Source: Candidatus Aldehydirespirator sp.
GTDB lineage: Bacteria; Actinomycetota; Acidimicrobiia; Acidimicrobiales; Aldehydirespiratoraceae
Assembly (NCBI GenBank): GCA_965248735.1
Contig: OZ252146.1
Coordinates: 3,505,605-3,569,604, forward strand
Direction of reading: 5' to 3'
Length of the DNA stretch: 64,000 nt
Shown here: positions 44,801 to 49,736 of the stretch, in pieces
How the letters are laid out: the number at the start of each line of letters is the position of its first letter
How positions within the stretch are numbered: the first letter of the stretch is position 1
The notes under the pieces: model-generated
What the model saw: only the letters and a program-made list of their open reading frames with translations
Database searches by the model: none
What the model was told of the DNA's origin: nothing
Position numbers and translations under genes: made by a program

Positions 44801-47799
44801 GCAGCAGCCAGCACGTCGACATCGCGCCCAACGACCTGACCGACAAGGCCGGCCTCCAGGCCATCGAGCTGACCGGCGGCGAGCTCAGCCCGACCTTCAT
44901 CAGCACGACCACCGAGTACACGGCCAGCATCGGCTTCGACCATCCACAGATCACGATCGCGCCCGAGACGCTGAACCCCGGTGAGACGTTCGACTTCTAC
45001 GGCCAGGAGGGACTCACCCTCCTGGACGACGCCGACATCACCGCGCCCGGCTTCCAGGTCGACCTGCCCGTGGGCACGGCCGTGGTCGTCAGGATCGTGG
45101 CCACCGCCCGGGACCGGCTGACTATCGAGACCTACACGGTCACGTTCACGCGCCAGGTGCCAGAGGTTGCCATTGGCGTGCCCCAGACCTCCGGGCTCGA
45201 GGAGGGCGCCGAGCTGACCTTCACCGTGACGCTGAACGGGCCGGTGGAAGCCCCCGCCGGGCTCGACGTGACGCTGACGATCGACGAGACGGGCGGGATG
45301 CTGCCTCCGCCCGGCGAATCCCCCCGAACGGTCACGGTCAACGTGCCCCAGGGCCGGACCACGGCCACACACACGCTGGCGACCGTGGACGACGATGCGT
45401 GGGAGGAGCACTCCACGATCAGCGTGTCCGTCTCGCCGACACCGGGCTCGTACACGGTTCCGTCCGGCTCGGAGGCGGCGTCGCACATCGTCATGGACGA
45501 CGACTTCCCCGAGGCGACGGCCGTTCTGGAGGTCTCGCCCCGACCGGTGGACGAAGGCGGCACCGTCACCGCGGCGGTCGTGATGACGACGGCGCGTGAC
45601 GAGCAGCCCCGCGAGGACGCAGGCACAATCCTCCTCAGCACCACCGATGGCACCGCCACCGCCGGCGACGACTACACCGCCATCTCGCCTGCGTCGGGGG
45701 CGCTCACGTTCGCCCAGGCCGACTTCAAGCGCGTCGACCTCGACACCGACTCCGGCGACAATGTCACGGACTATCGATGGCGCGCGGCCAAGGCGGCGAC
45801 CATCTCTGTGGCCAACGACACCGCCGACGAGCCCGACGAGACCTTCAGCGTGGCCATGGCCGCGGACGCGACGGGCTCGTCGCCGACGGACGGTGCGATC
45901 ACGCTGGACTCGAGCACCTCCTCGCTCGACGTGACGATCAACGCGAGTGATGTGCACCGTGTCGCCATCGTCACGGTGGGCAGCCCTAGCCAGACTGGCG
46001 CGACCGCGACGGTCTCAATCACCAACCCGAGCCGGGCGAGCGTCACGGTTTACCTGCGGTACCGGCCGGATGGCGGGGCGTACGGGCCGGCGGTGGAGAT
46101 GCAGACCTCCCGGGCCAGCGTGCAGTTCGAGCTCAGCGGGCTGAGCGAGGCGACGCTGTACGAAGTGCAGGCCTCCCTGGACAATGGGTTCGCGTCGCCC
46201 AAGACCGCGCGGTTCTCCACGCTCGGGAGTGCGCCCGCGGTGTCCGAGCTCGAGGTGGAGAACGCGGGCCAGACCGGGGCGTCGGTGACTGCGTTCATCG
46301 CCAACGTCGGCACCACCACTGCCGGGACATCGGCTCGCAGCCTCGGCGATCGAACAGTCATGGCGCTCACGGCCAAGACGCAGCCTGTCGGCGCACCAAC
46401 GGTCGGGGCACGAACAGTCGGCGCAGCAACAGTCGGGGCACGAACAATCAGCGCACCAACAGTCCAGACGCAGCCGCCCGAGCACACGGTCAGCCTGCGC
46501 TACCGCTACGAGGGCGAACCATGGTCACAGGAGCAGTCGATGACGACCACGGCGTCCTCGGTGACCTTCCATCTCACCGGCTTGCGGGCCGGCGCTACGC
46601 CAGAGGTGGAGGCGACGCTGAGCGACAGCTTCGATGATGTGGGCGTGCAGTCGTTGCAGTTCGACACGGAGCCCCCCGCCGTGACCGCGGTCGCGGTCGA
46701 CGCCGCCGACATCACCGCACACACGGCCAAGCTCACGGTGACCGTCAGCGACCGCAACGGCGACCGGGTACATCTGCGCTACCGCGCCGACAGCCATTGG
46801 ACGCAGATGAGCAAGGTCTTCGACGAGGGCGGCAGCGACGACACATTCGAACTGCCCGGCCTCGTCGCGGGCACCGCGTACAACGTGGAGGCTTCGTTTG
46901 ACAGCACCTTCGGCGACAGGACTGCAACCAGGTGCATGAGCTTCGTCACCGACACCGCACCGGACTCCGACGATGGCCGCCAGACCGGCGCGAACTGCCG
47001 GGGATCGGCGGTCACCCCTGGCAACGTCGGCCGAGGAGGGCCAGCGCCTGGCGGCGGCGGAGGGCTACCGCCCGGTGGCGAGCCGGAGCCCGAGACGGCG
47101 CAGCCGGATGTGGTCTTCGGCGACGTGCCCCAAGACGCCTGGTACCACGACGCCGTGCAGCACATAGCCCGGCTCGGCATCACCACAGGCTGTCTCACCG
47201 AGCCGCTGCGCTACTGCCCCGCCCAACCGGTCAGCCGAGCCCAATTGGCCGCGTTCCTGTCACGGCTTCTCGGCGGACCCCCTGCCGACAACGCGCCGGA
47301 TGTGGTCTTCGGCGACGTGCCCCAAGACGCCTGGTACCACGACGCCGTGCAGCACATAGCCCGGCTCGGCATCACCACAGGCTGTCTCACCGAGCCGCTG
47401 CGCTACTGCCCCGCCCAACCGGTCAGCCGAGCCCAGATGGCCGCGTTCCTGTCACGGCTTCTCGGCGGACCCCCTGCCGACAACGCGCCGGATGTGGTCT
47501 TCAGCGACGTGCCCCAAGACGCCTGGTACCACGACGCCGTGCAGCACATAGCCCGGCTCGGCATCACCACAGGCTGTCTCACCGAGCCGCTGCGCTACTG
47601 CCCCGCCCAACCGGTCAGCCGAGCCCAAATGGCCGCGTTCCTGAGCCGAGCCATCACCCACTCCGAAGCCCGCGACGACAACGCCGCAGCCACTTGGGCC
47701 GGCACCTTCACACCCCAAGCCGTGCGATCGGGGGCCGCCCTCCAAGTTAGCCAGTGGCCACCCGGCGGGCCAGGGACCGGAACGCCATCACGAAGGTGA
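29896..47799 (+). CDS. giant (5,967 aa) secreted, SLH-anchored mosaic cell-surface protein
   Basis: A single open frame of 17.9 kb with coherent domain grammar throughout. Sec-type signal ...RRQVSVAALLTAALLAVAAPTPAHA/D. The likely start is GTG 29935 or 29941 rather than TTG 29896. See the sub-features. Confidence 0.93.
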   Translation: MSLTSCARNPPGGVGVRERPRRQVSVAALLTAALLAVAAPTPAHADSHPVVTVAAGTVPNTFSATDDDPHDTTWHYAWITGSDPCGPSTTFPSAQTYAEGNDVSYGTSNLGQRLCLRAVDSSSNTGYATSDIVDHLAPPRVPFRIGEIMATPGDESVTLTWEAPYDGGSPITQYVVLSNPPGGLCITSVPGCTMTGLANGTAYDFEVSTFNAIGYEDSFFPLQVTPTADPPATDPPATDPPVTDPPATDPPATDPPVTDPPATDPPATDPPVTDPPATDPPVTDPPATDPPVTDPPATDPPVTDPPATDPPVTDPPATDPPVTDPPATDPPVTDPPATDPPVTDPPATDPPVTDPPATDPPVTDPPATDPPVTDPPATDPPVTDPPVTDPPATDPPAKDPPVTAPGGSGGSGSSGGDGERAARTTETTTLSGITVDGTAIPDFDAERDSYTVGLANGVATATVAATPTASSATVTCSVDADGNAAGCQVALTAGAGVDLTLTVTDSSATMDYTLTLNRGLTGTFAWKASDDIYGLAAVLGENTSRTRGIWSDGTTLWVADNDRRNSKLVAFNLETKARQSLNDINTGASDLLHVRRPVGVAGTDDGSVLVARRHNGLTEQARIQGFRRNDASEWQPDIEESYVLPSDIILAPSIRGIWTHGERLYIADDSSDNAVLAFTWNSDRSNMVHDSPGDITLASENDSPAGIWSDGETIWVADALTERIFAHKTVDGQRDTAKEFTQSHLTVKDTPIKPWGIWSDGETMWVVDRGTAIVYSFNLPVSNNPGLSQLEVQHGEDPVELSVAETTHTVVLPGSPTSTTLTIAPRNRFATVDVLPADANLSLGGYQVDLTGGPVEVTITVTAADATTRQVYTVTVGPAPLEITSVIATPNTRLLQVSWHEPSNSATLGVTAYDLRYARTDADNLENDDQWTVIDDVWTTGGGDLSYILRGLTNGQAYYVQVRAVNALREGPWLPHERISESATGTPAASTSLDASLSAITVNGAAIPNVAMDRGNYTVGVASSVATATVIGTPRDVGATVSCIDDSDPVADGCQASLTENGSTEVQLTVTIGTTVGNYTITINRGRGGTFHWKASQDIYGLDASLTTSFPRGIWSDGTTLWVVNNGTPKGLFAFDLETGARQPQADIVQTLAETQASLRGLAGADEMIFVADSKPTNALRYTKVFAYTQGSSGDWQHNPLLDLTGSSVGLLDTNTIQGIWTDGEVLWGSVGGAIRAVWLTGPSRNQRLPARDFGIASLSQFRGLWSDGETMWAAESSEIRAYDMLTRAHVASKSFDSDHLRVPGSTVDPWGIWSDGETMWAVDSVKGNAYSFEMPVSNNATLQHLRIDGVDAAEFDRELSSQTLGLANDASTITLDARPRHFQAEYLITSTDDDSMEGHQIDVSGAAKTFTATVTAQDAVTTKTYSIEIGRLPALIVGADATPGPNSLSVGWSAPSDPGSSAVTSYDLRYAATQTERLHEDSRWTEVPGVWQTGGGTRSHQISGLDPRDEYYVQVRANNGVGSGPWMPHSRIGESGRGTPQASGSDVSSLSSLSVSPGALSPGFDAGTTGYSVELGFSVERITVAAATTDSNADYEILGGSEQTTLVDADPNTPGFEVDVPAGAYTITVSVTSQHLLESTDYTISITRAAAATDANLSVLSLNDADLDELLDFDTATTSYTFAVPNDSARITVTATARSARATIAFLDGASGTVELPDADRRANGFQIDLIGGQQKTFRVVVTAESGTKRTYTLRVTRSQPRVGVEVVPPLDGDANEIPYVEGDSLNFTVSLGSALSSDVDVAYTLTGDIVAGATSGTARIVAGQTSVDVTVPTSGNTLYSDHHTVTLTLTAPGDGAYAFVTNKQSVAVEVRDDDFPDISNAVADMEVDGTSVVEGGTVTVTVRIELDSLTDFPHASSTPVRLYTADRPANTPGDKATAGDDYQALDVQVSIPPENFEIGNGFFGPTIVGTATLEIPILFDPEAEAAEQFDVHLSDSRFAYAFVVTRSQTITIAANAAASTEAALGSLSASPAALTPDFAPTTYSYAGSVASTVTQVTLAAAPSDPDAHLVEYLDDNNDAIVDADGNEGNGLQAALAVDRNVFTVRVTAEDRATTQDYTVTITRRLSDVATLSALTIRDSAATGTFTQSFSTNCNTCTHTARVDGDVEQLTITPTPTDQDASVSYHRGDTELSDADTATADTFEVDLAEGDNVIEVRVTAGDGTTTKSHTLTVTRASDKPVASVRAPTGTPVEGATLAFAVRLSRAAEADITIGLSATQTGTMIVAKPPSVTIAAGDTSATAEVTTQADLIWEEHSEITLEIDASTNDDYTVSGSAGSATKTVQDDDFPLGDAVLALTADTVDEGTSVTATVTVTTRGDEQPHTASGHMVIATEDGVGSGGAVSPADFTAVTARRFNLPMNRFTQVDVDDDPVAEDPRWRAAYELTINTVNDANPEVAETFDVLLRTDSTSEHADKLSVSGSPATATIRTSDFAEVRISSTKSDSTEGASISYTVTRSGPAATADIVVNLAVEEDGDMLSASDEGERTATIPANQSSTTFTLPTQTDTIYEEHSTITVTVVDGGGYTHREATGRATDVIDDDDFPAAQATLAVSAPQLDEGDTLTLTYTVTTDANEIPHRGTGLLRVAAASGTATAGLDFAGLDEQLDFEVDDFEEVDVDDTVSGEDLRRQATKEWEILITDDNSGERAETFTVSLRSISGGSNPTAANIDIAPSDPAELTVTIGPSDLPIISITTDTATVVEGNAIEYTVARSFATTEALMVTVVVTETSTLAAAGETGDRTVTIGAGRPSATLIVATSTDTEWDEHGTVTAVVVAGDGYTVSDSRRAATRNVEDNDFPEASLSLQNSPATVWEGFDQSLGYLFLTADDHQPHKSTGEFILSILGGTAVVGPRGDGVDVIEFEPLVFSVDAGSFTRVDLDLGPGFDWRWSASTITSRRLNVVDDIDEEALEQFSLNLVAAIMVDSSNPADGNIMVTSPGVIQISANDIDLRSEDATLSGLDLRTDNSIPALSPGFVGNQLEYTATVAFAETELTITPTTNDMNASVTYREGTIGSLTAVTGGSFQVNLAEGPNVIEIHVAAHDPRYTETYTVAVTRQPQVSIAVKTTGAVTEGGHVEFTVTRSRASDADLVVDLTVTDVGDVIDPDGEGAKQVTIPADQRSADYTVTTRGNTAYAARAEVTVAVTGGDGYTPATTGGSASKDIRDDDFPGAEITLTVDKNTAAEGESVTATVTVQVSNTDILHAGVDAGVIVLRASDTASSTPGTDYSFTEMELPFNYGDFSPEDIDPGNPQDFRSTARRTVTIRITDDNVTEGDEDLTLLLVRPDRQQQPDALHPNIRLGTATATVTIPANDSADATLSALALTDGTDSIGHLDPAFRTSVTEYRAGVGFDTTSVTLAATAHHEEARVSIAGRAQRDRTSSETLNLRVGENVLTVVVTAENDTTTQTYTVRVTRAPQVTSLTPTASDPAAAYATTATYDIVFRGHWNQQVTPPRVPANAHFTALVGGVHGDAVSFLTAGGQATAGVEAMAETGATQGLQAEVQIAMDAADPTAYGTFRQTVGGGPTAVATLNEIVFTSEFPRLTLTSMIAPTPDWFVGVSGLPMLDNQGRWLRERTVNLYPWDAGTEDDVSDDNGFSLGGLDTDPQENIRSLRGAGPFTIERIASLEVTLHSVATMRELDENTGAGVNIGAAVASPAAPPAGSGTITYSLAGADAGSFEINTTTGQLRAKSGVDYDFEARSGNSYALTVVATDAGPDPEVVTNIDVTIILRNVEEAGELAVAPAAAGVNVLLTASLSDPDGGVADETWRWERSDNGVSGWSAIANADTATYIPVADDEAKYLRVTVTYDDAQGMGRSLSQVLGPVEAPAQLSDDSTLSALSLSGLTLNQSFSSSVTTYTAAADYTTVQTTVTATAGAAADGAAVQILDGNGDAIPDADDRTGGHQVALTIDVNVIVAKVTAEDGSSQSYTVTVTRAQPTVTVTAPAATLTEGSTVPFVVSRSEAAGDGLVVKVEVSEVGEMVAAANETVHTVTIPADAQSLRLEIASVSDESWEAHAVVTAAVQADASYTVGSPGSAEQTVSDNDFPDAEAVLEVTDEVDEGGSATATVTITTAGDHMPHEDSGPILASTQTGSAGGGDFTALTAMTGTLEFAADDFVAGNGDNGCPTGTYCLSQSVDIAITDDDLAENAETFAVAMARVNPANPSEARTDGAITLDGTSTPQTVTIRPSDRSSVNTLGSLSLDGTVLTAASDGSYAATVNFADEQITVVAAAGDNTATVSFLDQNDAELDDASTIPGHQVDVVIGETVFKVLVTAQDTTAATYTVTATRSGPVLTLSVTATELTEGGNVVFTVSRNGATSDTTAFELAVTETGGPMATAGLSTSPLSLSIGSGQNSVTHTVPTEGDDNWEPHAQITAAATSAYRFENDTNSITKEVLDDDFPAAEAVLTVSPTTIAERDGATVTATLTVTTDANEQPHKASGTIRLATAPNTANTSDYQAISSTAGAVSFDAADFAEVDIGGGVMRWQASRAVQIGIVDDAIKEPQEQFSVTMAVTTGSRPTDAHIRLHADAEFVVSIDPSDRSSDASLQSLGLSAGRLDTAFQSGTIAHTVTVPFGSPRITVSPQATDSNAVSVEVLDGTDQTAEVDVDPNTPGTQVDLELNTPRAIAITVTAEDTTTMRTYTLTITRQLPELTISVTDDELAEGESVVATISRDAATDETTAFTLSVSEDGTMVDDVLETDGVTYLIQAEQTAFELEIPTQADDVWDAASTVSVELEENDAAYRTSGPLTVTAAVSDNDFPEAAAVLAVSSDTVDESQTVTATVTITTARAEQPNEDGGKLLVSTSDGPDPDGAGNGAPATAGIDYRALTATTGELTFRQQEFVEGDETNDCPVSRWCASKNIEIATLDDNESEQVERFTLSLAAVTTDPDPTDSNIALDPDRSSQHVDIAPNDLTDKAGLQAIELTGGELSPTFISTTTEYTASIGFDHPQITIAPETLNPGETFDFYGQEGLTLLDDADITAPGFQVDLPVGTAVVVRIVATARDRLTIETYTVTFTRQVPEVAIGVPQTSGLEEGAELTFTVTLNGPVEAPAGLDVTLTIDETGGMLPPPGESPRTVTVNVPQGRTTATHTLATVDDDAWEEHSTISVSVSPTPGSYTVPSGSEAASHIVMDDDFPEATAVLEVSPRPVDEGGTVTAAVVMTTARDEQPREDAGTILLSTTDGTATAGDDYTAISPASGALTFAQADFKRVDLDTDSGDNVTDYRWRAAKAATISVANDTADEPDETFSVAMAADATGSSPTDGAITLDSSTSSLDVTINASDVHRVAIVTVGSPSQTGATATVSITNPSRASVTVYLRYRPDGGAYGPAVEMQTSRASVQFELSGLSEATLYEVQASLDNGFASPKTARFSTLGSAPAVSELEVENAGQTGASVTAFIANVGTTTAGTSARSLGDRTVMALTAKTQPVGAPTVGARTVGAATVGARTISAPTVQTQPPEHTVSLRYRYEGEPWSQEQSMTTTASSVTFHLTGLRAGATPEVEATLSDSFDDVGVQSLQFDTEPPAVTAVAVDAADITAHTAKLTVTVSDRNGDRVHLRYRADSHWTQMSKVFDEGGSDDTFELPGLVAGTAYNVEASFDSTFGDRTATRCMSFVTDTAPDSDDGRQTGANCRGSAVTPGNVGRGGPAPGGGGGLPPGGEPEPETAQPDVVFGDVPQDAWYHDAVQHIARLGITTGCLTEPLRYCPAQPVSRAQLAAFLSRLLGGPPADNAPDVVFGDVPQDAWYHDAVQHIARLGITTGCLTEPLRYCPAQPVSRAQMAAFLSRLLGGPPADNAPDVVFSDVPQDAWYHDAVQHIARLGITTGCLTEPLRYCPAQPVSRAQMAAFLSRAITHSEARDDNAAATWAGTFTPQAVRSGAALQVSQWPPGGPGTGTPSRR
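30576..31106 (+). repeat. 15-bp coding tandem repeat, about 35 copies of TDPP(A/V)
   Basis: acagacccaccagcc / accgacccaccggcc / acagacccaccggtg units head to tail, giving a Pro/Thr-rich stalk after the first FN3 domain (30330-30570). Confidence 0.95.
31183..34530 (+). other. duplicated super-module: cadherin-like beta-sandwich, 5 Trp-rich blades, cadherin-like beta-sandwich, FN3 (two copies: 31183-32860 and 32866-34530)
   Basis: Blades carry GIWSDG(T/E)T(L/I/M)WV(A/V)D-type motifs (8 clear and 2 degenerate). FN3 copies contain TAYDLRYA...GL.....YYVQVRA.N. The cadherin-like units follow L..L.V.G..L.P.F......YT..V. Confidence 0.7.
34537..40330 (+). other. array part 1: cadherin-like beta-sandwich domains alternating with five Calx-beta-like domain pairs
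   Basis: Recurrent pattern V.EG....FTV.RS.A...DL.V.L.V...G...(T)IPA.Q.S....V.T..D...E.H...T..V, then D(D/N)DFP, then VDEG..VTATVTVTT...E.PH...G...D(Y/F)......F...DF..VD...R(W)...E.F.V.L. The D(D/N)DFP boundaries lie near 35515, 36935, 37695, 38465 and 39575. Confidence 0.7.
40340..41290 (+). other. Spondin_N-like domain (40340-40986) followed by a cadherin repeat (40987-41290)
   Basis: YDIVFRGHWN...HFTALVGGVH...MIAPTPDWFVGVSGL...NLYPWDAGTEDD matches the F-spondin N-terminal domain signature from memory. ITYSLAGADAGSFEINTTTGQLRAKSGVDYDFE...YALTVVATDAG matches the cadherin-repeat pattern. Confidence 0.65.
41575..45950 (+). other. array part 2: four more cadherin-like beta-sandwich + Calx-beta-like pair modules
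   Basis: Same grammar as 34537-40330. The D(D/N)DFP boundaries lie near 42215, 43280, 44365 and 45495. Confidence 0.7.
45955..46950 (+). other. three FN3-like domains, the second interrupted by a 5x pentapeptide (VGA.T) 15-bp repeat at 46384-46460
   Basis: Repeated pattern T.A.VTV......V.LRYR....W...........F.L.GL...T.Y.V.AS.D..F. Confidence 0.5.
47104..47679 (+). repeat. three near-identical 192-bp repeats, each encoding an SLH (S-layer homology) domain
   Basis: Copies start at 47104, 47296 and 47488. Each encodes FGDVPQDAWYHDAVQHIARLGITTGCLTEPLRYCPAQPVSRAQ(L/M)AAFLSR, which fits the SLH consensus (F.DV...W....I..L...GI..G.....P...V.R.Q.A.FL.R). Only a handful of nucleotide differences separate the copies. 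Confidence 0.85.
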
Positions 47800-48559
47800 C
47801 GGCACCCAGTCCGACGATGGCGGCAATTCCCTTGCCCAGAGAGGCCACGTCCCAGTTGTCGGACATCAGCGACCGCATCGCCTCGAGCAGGTAGGTCACG
47901 GGGTTCCAGGCGGCCACGGTCTGCATCCATCCGGTCATCAGCTCGCGCGGCAGGTACGCGGGCGTCAGGAAGGCGAAGGGGAAGAAGATCAGGAATGACG
48001 AGTTGACCGCGGCTGGATTCCCGGTGCGCAGGGCCACCGTGTACGGGAATCCCGTGAAGGAGAGGCTCCACGCCACCGCCAGGACCAGGAAGACCAGGAT
48101 CCCCGGCAGCCCGGTTCCGAAACTCACGCCGAAGACGAAGCCCATGGCGATCACGACGAGCGACAACGCCACTGCCAGAGCAACGTCGGCGACCATCATG
48201 CCGAGCAGCAGCGTGGTCCGGCGTACCGGCGTGACGAGCATCCGGTCTAGGTAGCCGGTCTGGATGTCGATGACCAGAACCGACGCGCGGGAGATGCCGG
48301 TGACCGCGAAGATTATGGCGACGGGTATCTGGAACGCCCTGTAGTCGATGCCGGGGGTGCGCTCCACGAACGACTCCAGCGCGCCGACGTTGACGATGAA
48401 GAAGAACGTCGGGATGATCAGAGCCGGGGCCATCGCCTCCGGCTCGCGCAGCAGGCTGCGCACGGAGCGGCGGGCCACCGTGGCGATGTCGGTGAGGATC
48501 CCGACAGGCCGGACCATGCCGCCGGCGGGCACGGAGGGCGCACCAGTCTGAAGGCTCAC
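47747..48559 (-). CDS. ABC-2 type transporter permease (DrrB-like)
   Basis: 270 aa with six hydrophobic helices. GTGA overlap with the upstream ATPase gene. Its 3' end overlaps the giant gene 3' end by 53 nt (convergent). Confidence 0.85.
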   Translation of the reverse strand: MSLQTGAPSVPAGGMVRPVGILTDIATVARRSVRSLLREPEAMAPALIIPTFFFIVNVGALESFVERTPGIDYRAFQIPVAIIFAVTGISRASVLVIDIQTGYLDRMLVTPVRRTTLLLGMMVADVALAVALSLVVIAMGFVFGVSFGTGLPGILVFLVLAVAWSLSFTGFPYTVALRTGNPAAVNSSFLIFFPFAFLTPAYLPRELMTGWMQTVAAWNPVTYLLEAMRSLMSDNWDVASLGKGIAAIVGLGAVTFVMAFRSLARRVATG

Positions 48560-49623
48560 GGTTGGCTGCTCCCCCGAGGCGCCGCCGACTTTGTGGGGCG
48601 AGCCTCCCAGGATCCTGATCCCCCGGCAGCGCGGCCGGCTTCGGCGGTTGAGTCCAGGGCCGACATCCGGTATCCGGTCGCCAGGAGGAACACATCGTCG
48701 AGCGATGGCGTGCGCACGGTGAGCGATAGCGGGTGCAGTCCAGCAGACGACAGAGCCACGGCCACACTCCCGACGGTGGCCGCGCCGTCGGCGGTGGCGA
48801 TGGTGATGCCGCGGCGACCCTGGGTAACGGCATCGACCTCCGGCACGGTCTCTGCAACAGCCATAGCCGGTGCAATTGCGTCAGATGGAAGGTCGACGAC
48901 GATCACGTCCGCACCCACGGCCCGCTTCAGGTCCGATGGCGGCCCCTGCTCGACTATGCGGCCGTCGTCGATGATGGCCACCCGGTCCGCCAGCGCGTCG
49001 GCCTCCTCGAGGTACTGGGTGGTCAGGAACACCGTCACCCCGAGCTCGCGGTTCAACCGGCGCACCTCGTCCCAGACCTGCGCCCGGCTGACCGGGTCGA
49101 GGCCGGTGGTGGGCTCGTCCAGGAAGAGCACTTCGGGGCCGTGTATCAGCGAGGCGGCCAGATCGAGGCGGCGTCTCATGCCGCCGCTGTAGGTCTTGAC
49201 ACGGGCATCCATGGCGTCGCCGATATCAGCGAGGTCCACTGCCCGTGCGATGGAGGCGGCGCGGTCGGCCGCGCTCAACCCGTATAGGCGGGCCTGAAGA
49301 TCCAGTATCTCCCGGCCGGTCTGGCGTTCGTCGAGCGCCGCATCCTGCAGGGCGACGCCGATGCGGATGCGAACCTCTCCAGGATGGTCGACGACGTCGT
49401 ATCCGGCCACCGATGCCCGCCCCTCCGTGGGCTTCAGCAAGGTGCACAGCATCCGCACCGTGGTGCTCTTGCCCGCGCCGTTGGGACCGAGGAAGCCGTA
49501 TATCTCCCCGGAGCTGACGGCAAGGTCGACTCCGTCCACGGCCCGATTGCTGCCGAAGGTCCGAACCAGCCCGCGAGCGGAGATCGCTGAGTTCTGAGCC
49601 CCGCTTCGGGCAGTATCGGGCAC
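48556..49623 (-). CDS. ABC transporter ATP-binding protein (DrrA-like)
   Basis: Walker A GPNGAGKST, signature YSGGMRRRL, Walker B LFLDEPTTGLD, plus the C-terminal extension typical of the DrrA family. Confidence 0.9.
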   Translation of the reverse strand: MPDTARSGAQNSAISARGLVRTFGSNRAVDGVDLAVSSGEIYGFLGPNGAGKSTTVRMLCTLLKPTEGRASVAGYDVVDHPGEVRIRIGVALQDAALDERQTGREILDLQARLYGLSAADRAASIARAVDLADIGDAMDARVKTYSGGMRRRLDLAASLIHGPEVLFLDEPTTGLDPVSRAQVWDEVRRLNRELGVTVFLTTQYLEEADALADRVAIIDDGRIVEQGPPSDLKRAVGADVIVVDLPSDAIAPAMAVAETVPEVDAVTQGRRGITIATADGAATVGSVAVALSSAGLHPLSLTVRTPSLDDVFLLATGYRMSALDSTAEAGRAAGGSGSWEARPTKSAAPRGSSQP

Positions 49624-49736
49624 GGGGCCGCAGACTACCGGAGTCGAACGTTGGCGAGTCCGGGCGAGACCTCGATCATCAGCGCTGCGGGGTCATGCGC
49701 GGCTGACAGCGCCGACGCCGCGAGTACGGTCGGGCC

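Noticed and set aside
41605-45957. 1,450-aa minus-strand ORF, plus 36688..38580 and 39148..40977 (630 and 609 aa), antisense to the giant gene
   Set aside because: Arg/Gly/Val/Asp-rich, low-complexity translations typical of the antisense frame of GC-rich coding DNA. The plus strand has coherent domain grammar over the same span. No RBS or family motifs.
47747-49623. DrrAB-like ABC pair as a dedicated exporter of the giant protein
   Set aside because: The giant protein has a normal Sec signal peptide. ABC-2/DrrAB systems are not type I protein exporters. The orientation is convergent, and no membrane-fusion or outer-membrane partners are present.
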